DNA of 64,000 bases from an uncultured Verrucomicrobiae bacterium (lineage in GTDB: Bacteria; Verrucomicrobiota; Verrucomicrobiia; Chthoniobacterales; UBA10450): the NCBI GenBank assembly GCA_963815455.1, contig CAWFGO010000005.1, positions 96,001-160,000 on the forward strand, read 5' to 3'. Of the stretch, positions 62,866 through 64,000 are shown one piece after another (within the stretch, counting starts at the first letter, position 1; each line of letters begins with the position of its first letter). A program made the translations under genes and the position numbers. The notes beneath the pieces were generated by a model. It searched no databases. It was given only the letters and a program-made list of their open reading frames with translations, and was not told where the DNA came from.

Positions 62866-62918
62866 TGTTGTGAACTGCCATCCTGTGCGCGAAAACTTCA
62901 CGGCAGTAGAAGAAAACA

Positions 62919-62944
62919 GGGGCAGTCATCACGTCTTGACCGCG
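62919..62944 (-). repeat. 26-bp inverted repeat, right copy
   Basis: GGGGCAGTCATCACGTCTTGACCGCG; partner at 54779-54804. Confidence 0.8.
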
Positions 62945-62995
62945 TAAAACTTCGCTACGCGGCCTAACGGCAGGCAAGGCAGAAAGGGGTCGGTC

Positions 62996-64000
62996 TGGGC
63001 TTGCCCTGATTTCTCGGACAGTTAGGTAAGGGTAATTTGGTTTAGTTTGGATTCAAAGTTGATAGGGCTTTGGTAGTCAAGACTGGAGTGCAGCCGGACG
63101 CGGTTATAGAAGGTTTCGATGTAGTCGAAGATTGCAGTGCGAGCTTGAGCGAGCTGCTGAAGCGGTGGTGATAGACCAGTTCGTATTTGAGAGTGCTCCA
63201 GAAGGACTCGATGTGGGCGTTGTCGTAGCAGTTGCCTTTGCGACTCATCGAAGCGGTTAGGCGGTGCTGAGCGAGCACTTGGCGATAAGCAGCGCTGGCG
63301 AACTGGCGACCGCGATCGGAGTGGAGGATGAGTTGTGTAGTTGGCTGACGCTGGTTCAAAGCCATGCGCAGAGCGGTGATGACCAACTGAGCATCGAGGA
63401 TTTGATGCATGGCCCAGCCGATCACGCGCCGGGTAAAGACATCCAGCACGGCGACAAGATACAACCATCCTTGGCCGGTGAGAACGCAGGTCGCGTCGGT
63501 CGTCCAAACTTGGTTGGGCCGTTTGACGATGAGGTGTTTAAACCGGTTAGGCGCAATGGGTCCGCCATGGCGACTGTCGGTTGTGGCCACTCGATACTTG
63601 GAACGCTGACGTGCGAAGAGATGCTCTGCGCGCATGAGACGGGCGATGCGGTTGCGTCGTCCCGGGCATCCCAGCACTCGAGCCAGCCGTGGACTGCCGT
63701 ACGTCTGACGACTGCGGGTAAACTCTTCTCGAATGCGTTGGCGCAGCCCCATCATCTCCACCTGGCGCGGTCCAGGTCGGCGCCGTCGCTCCTTCCAGTC
63801 GTAATAGCCACTACGCGAGACCAGCAGGGCCTCACATAACCAGGCGACTTTGTGTTGGCCGCTCATCTGCTCGATTCGGGCATACCTCTGGGCGGCACTT
63901 CGGAGAGGATGCCCAGAGATTTTTTTAAGACTTCACGCTGCTCTAAAAGCTTGGCGTTCTCCGCGCGCAAGGCCGGATCTCCGCTTTGAGCGCTTCCACG
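62996..64000 (-). mobile_element. IS3-family insertion sequence, truncated by the window edge
   Basis: OrfB with [32 protein letters not shown] (DDE), [13 protein letters not shown]7 slippery site at 63920-63926; TG-starting terminal repeat at 62996. Confidence 0.93.

Overview
A GC-rich bacterial chromosome segment. Gene content (expanded TolB-like/TPR family, secreted proteins with a shared dockerin-like tail, dense REP-type repeats) suggests Verrucomicrobiota, probably Chthoniobacterales; this is inference from sequence only. Many genes, including asd and pntA, are broken by 1-nt indels, so the assembly probably carries long-read errors and pseudogene calls are provisional. 1-40 kb is mostly core/envelope genes: asd, two L,D-transpeptidase-like genes, hutH-hutU with an ftcD stub, DUF1800/DUF1501, ABC-F, pntAA/AB/B, a halogenase-lipoprotein-MMPL-LolA block, LptF/G, rpsN, CNNM/HlyC, a GT2 plus TMTC-like pair, three secreted proteins sharing a C-terminal module, and two REP-flanked RAYT transposases. 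40.8-52.3 kb is a cassette of unknown exported proteins; three share an N-terminal beta domain and one carries three tandem Skp/OmpH domains. About 54.8-63 kb is a more AT-rich accessory island bracketed by a 26-bp inverted repeat. It holds a Hailong-like pair (pentapeptide-repeat ion channel plus nucleotidyltransferase) divergent from a higB / higA::IrrE-peptidase / beta-family operon with a perfect operator palindrome. An IS3-family element runs off the right edge. No rRNA, tRNA or CRISPR array was recognised.
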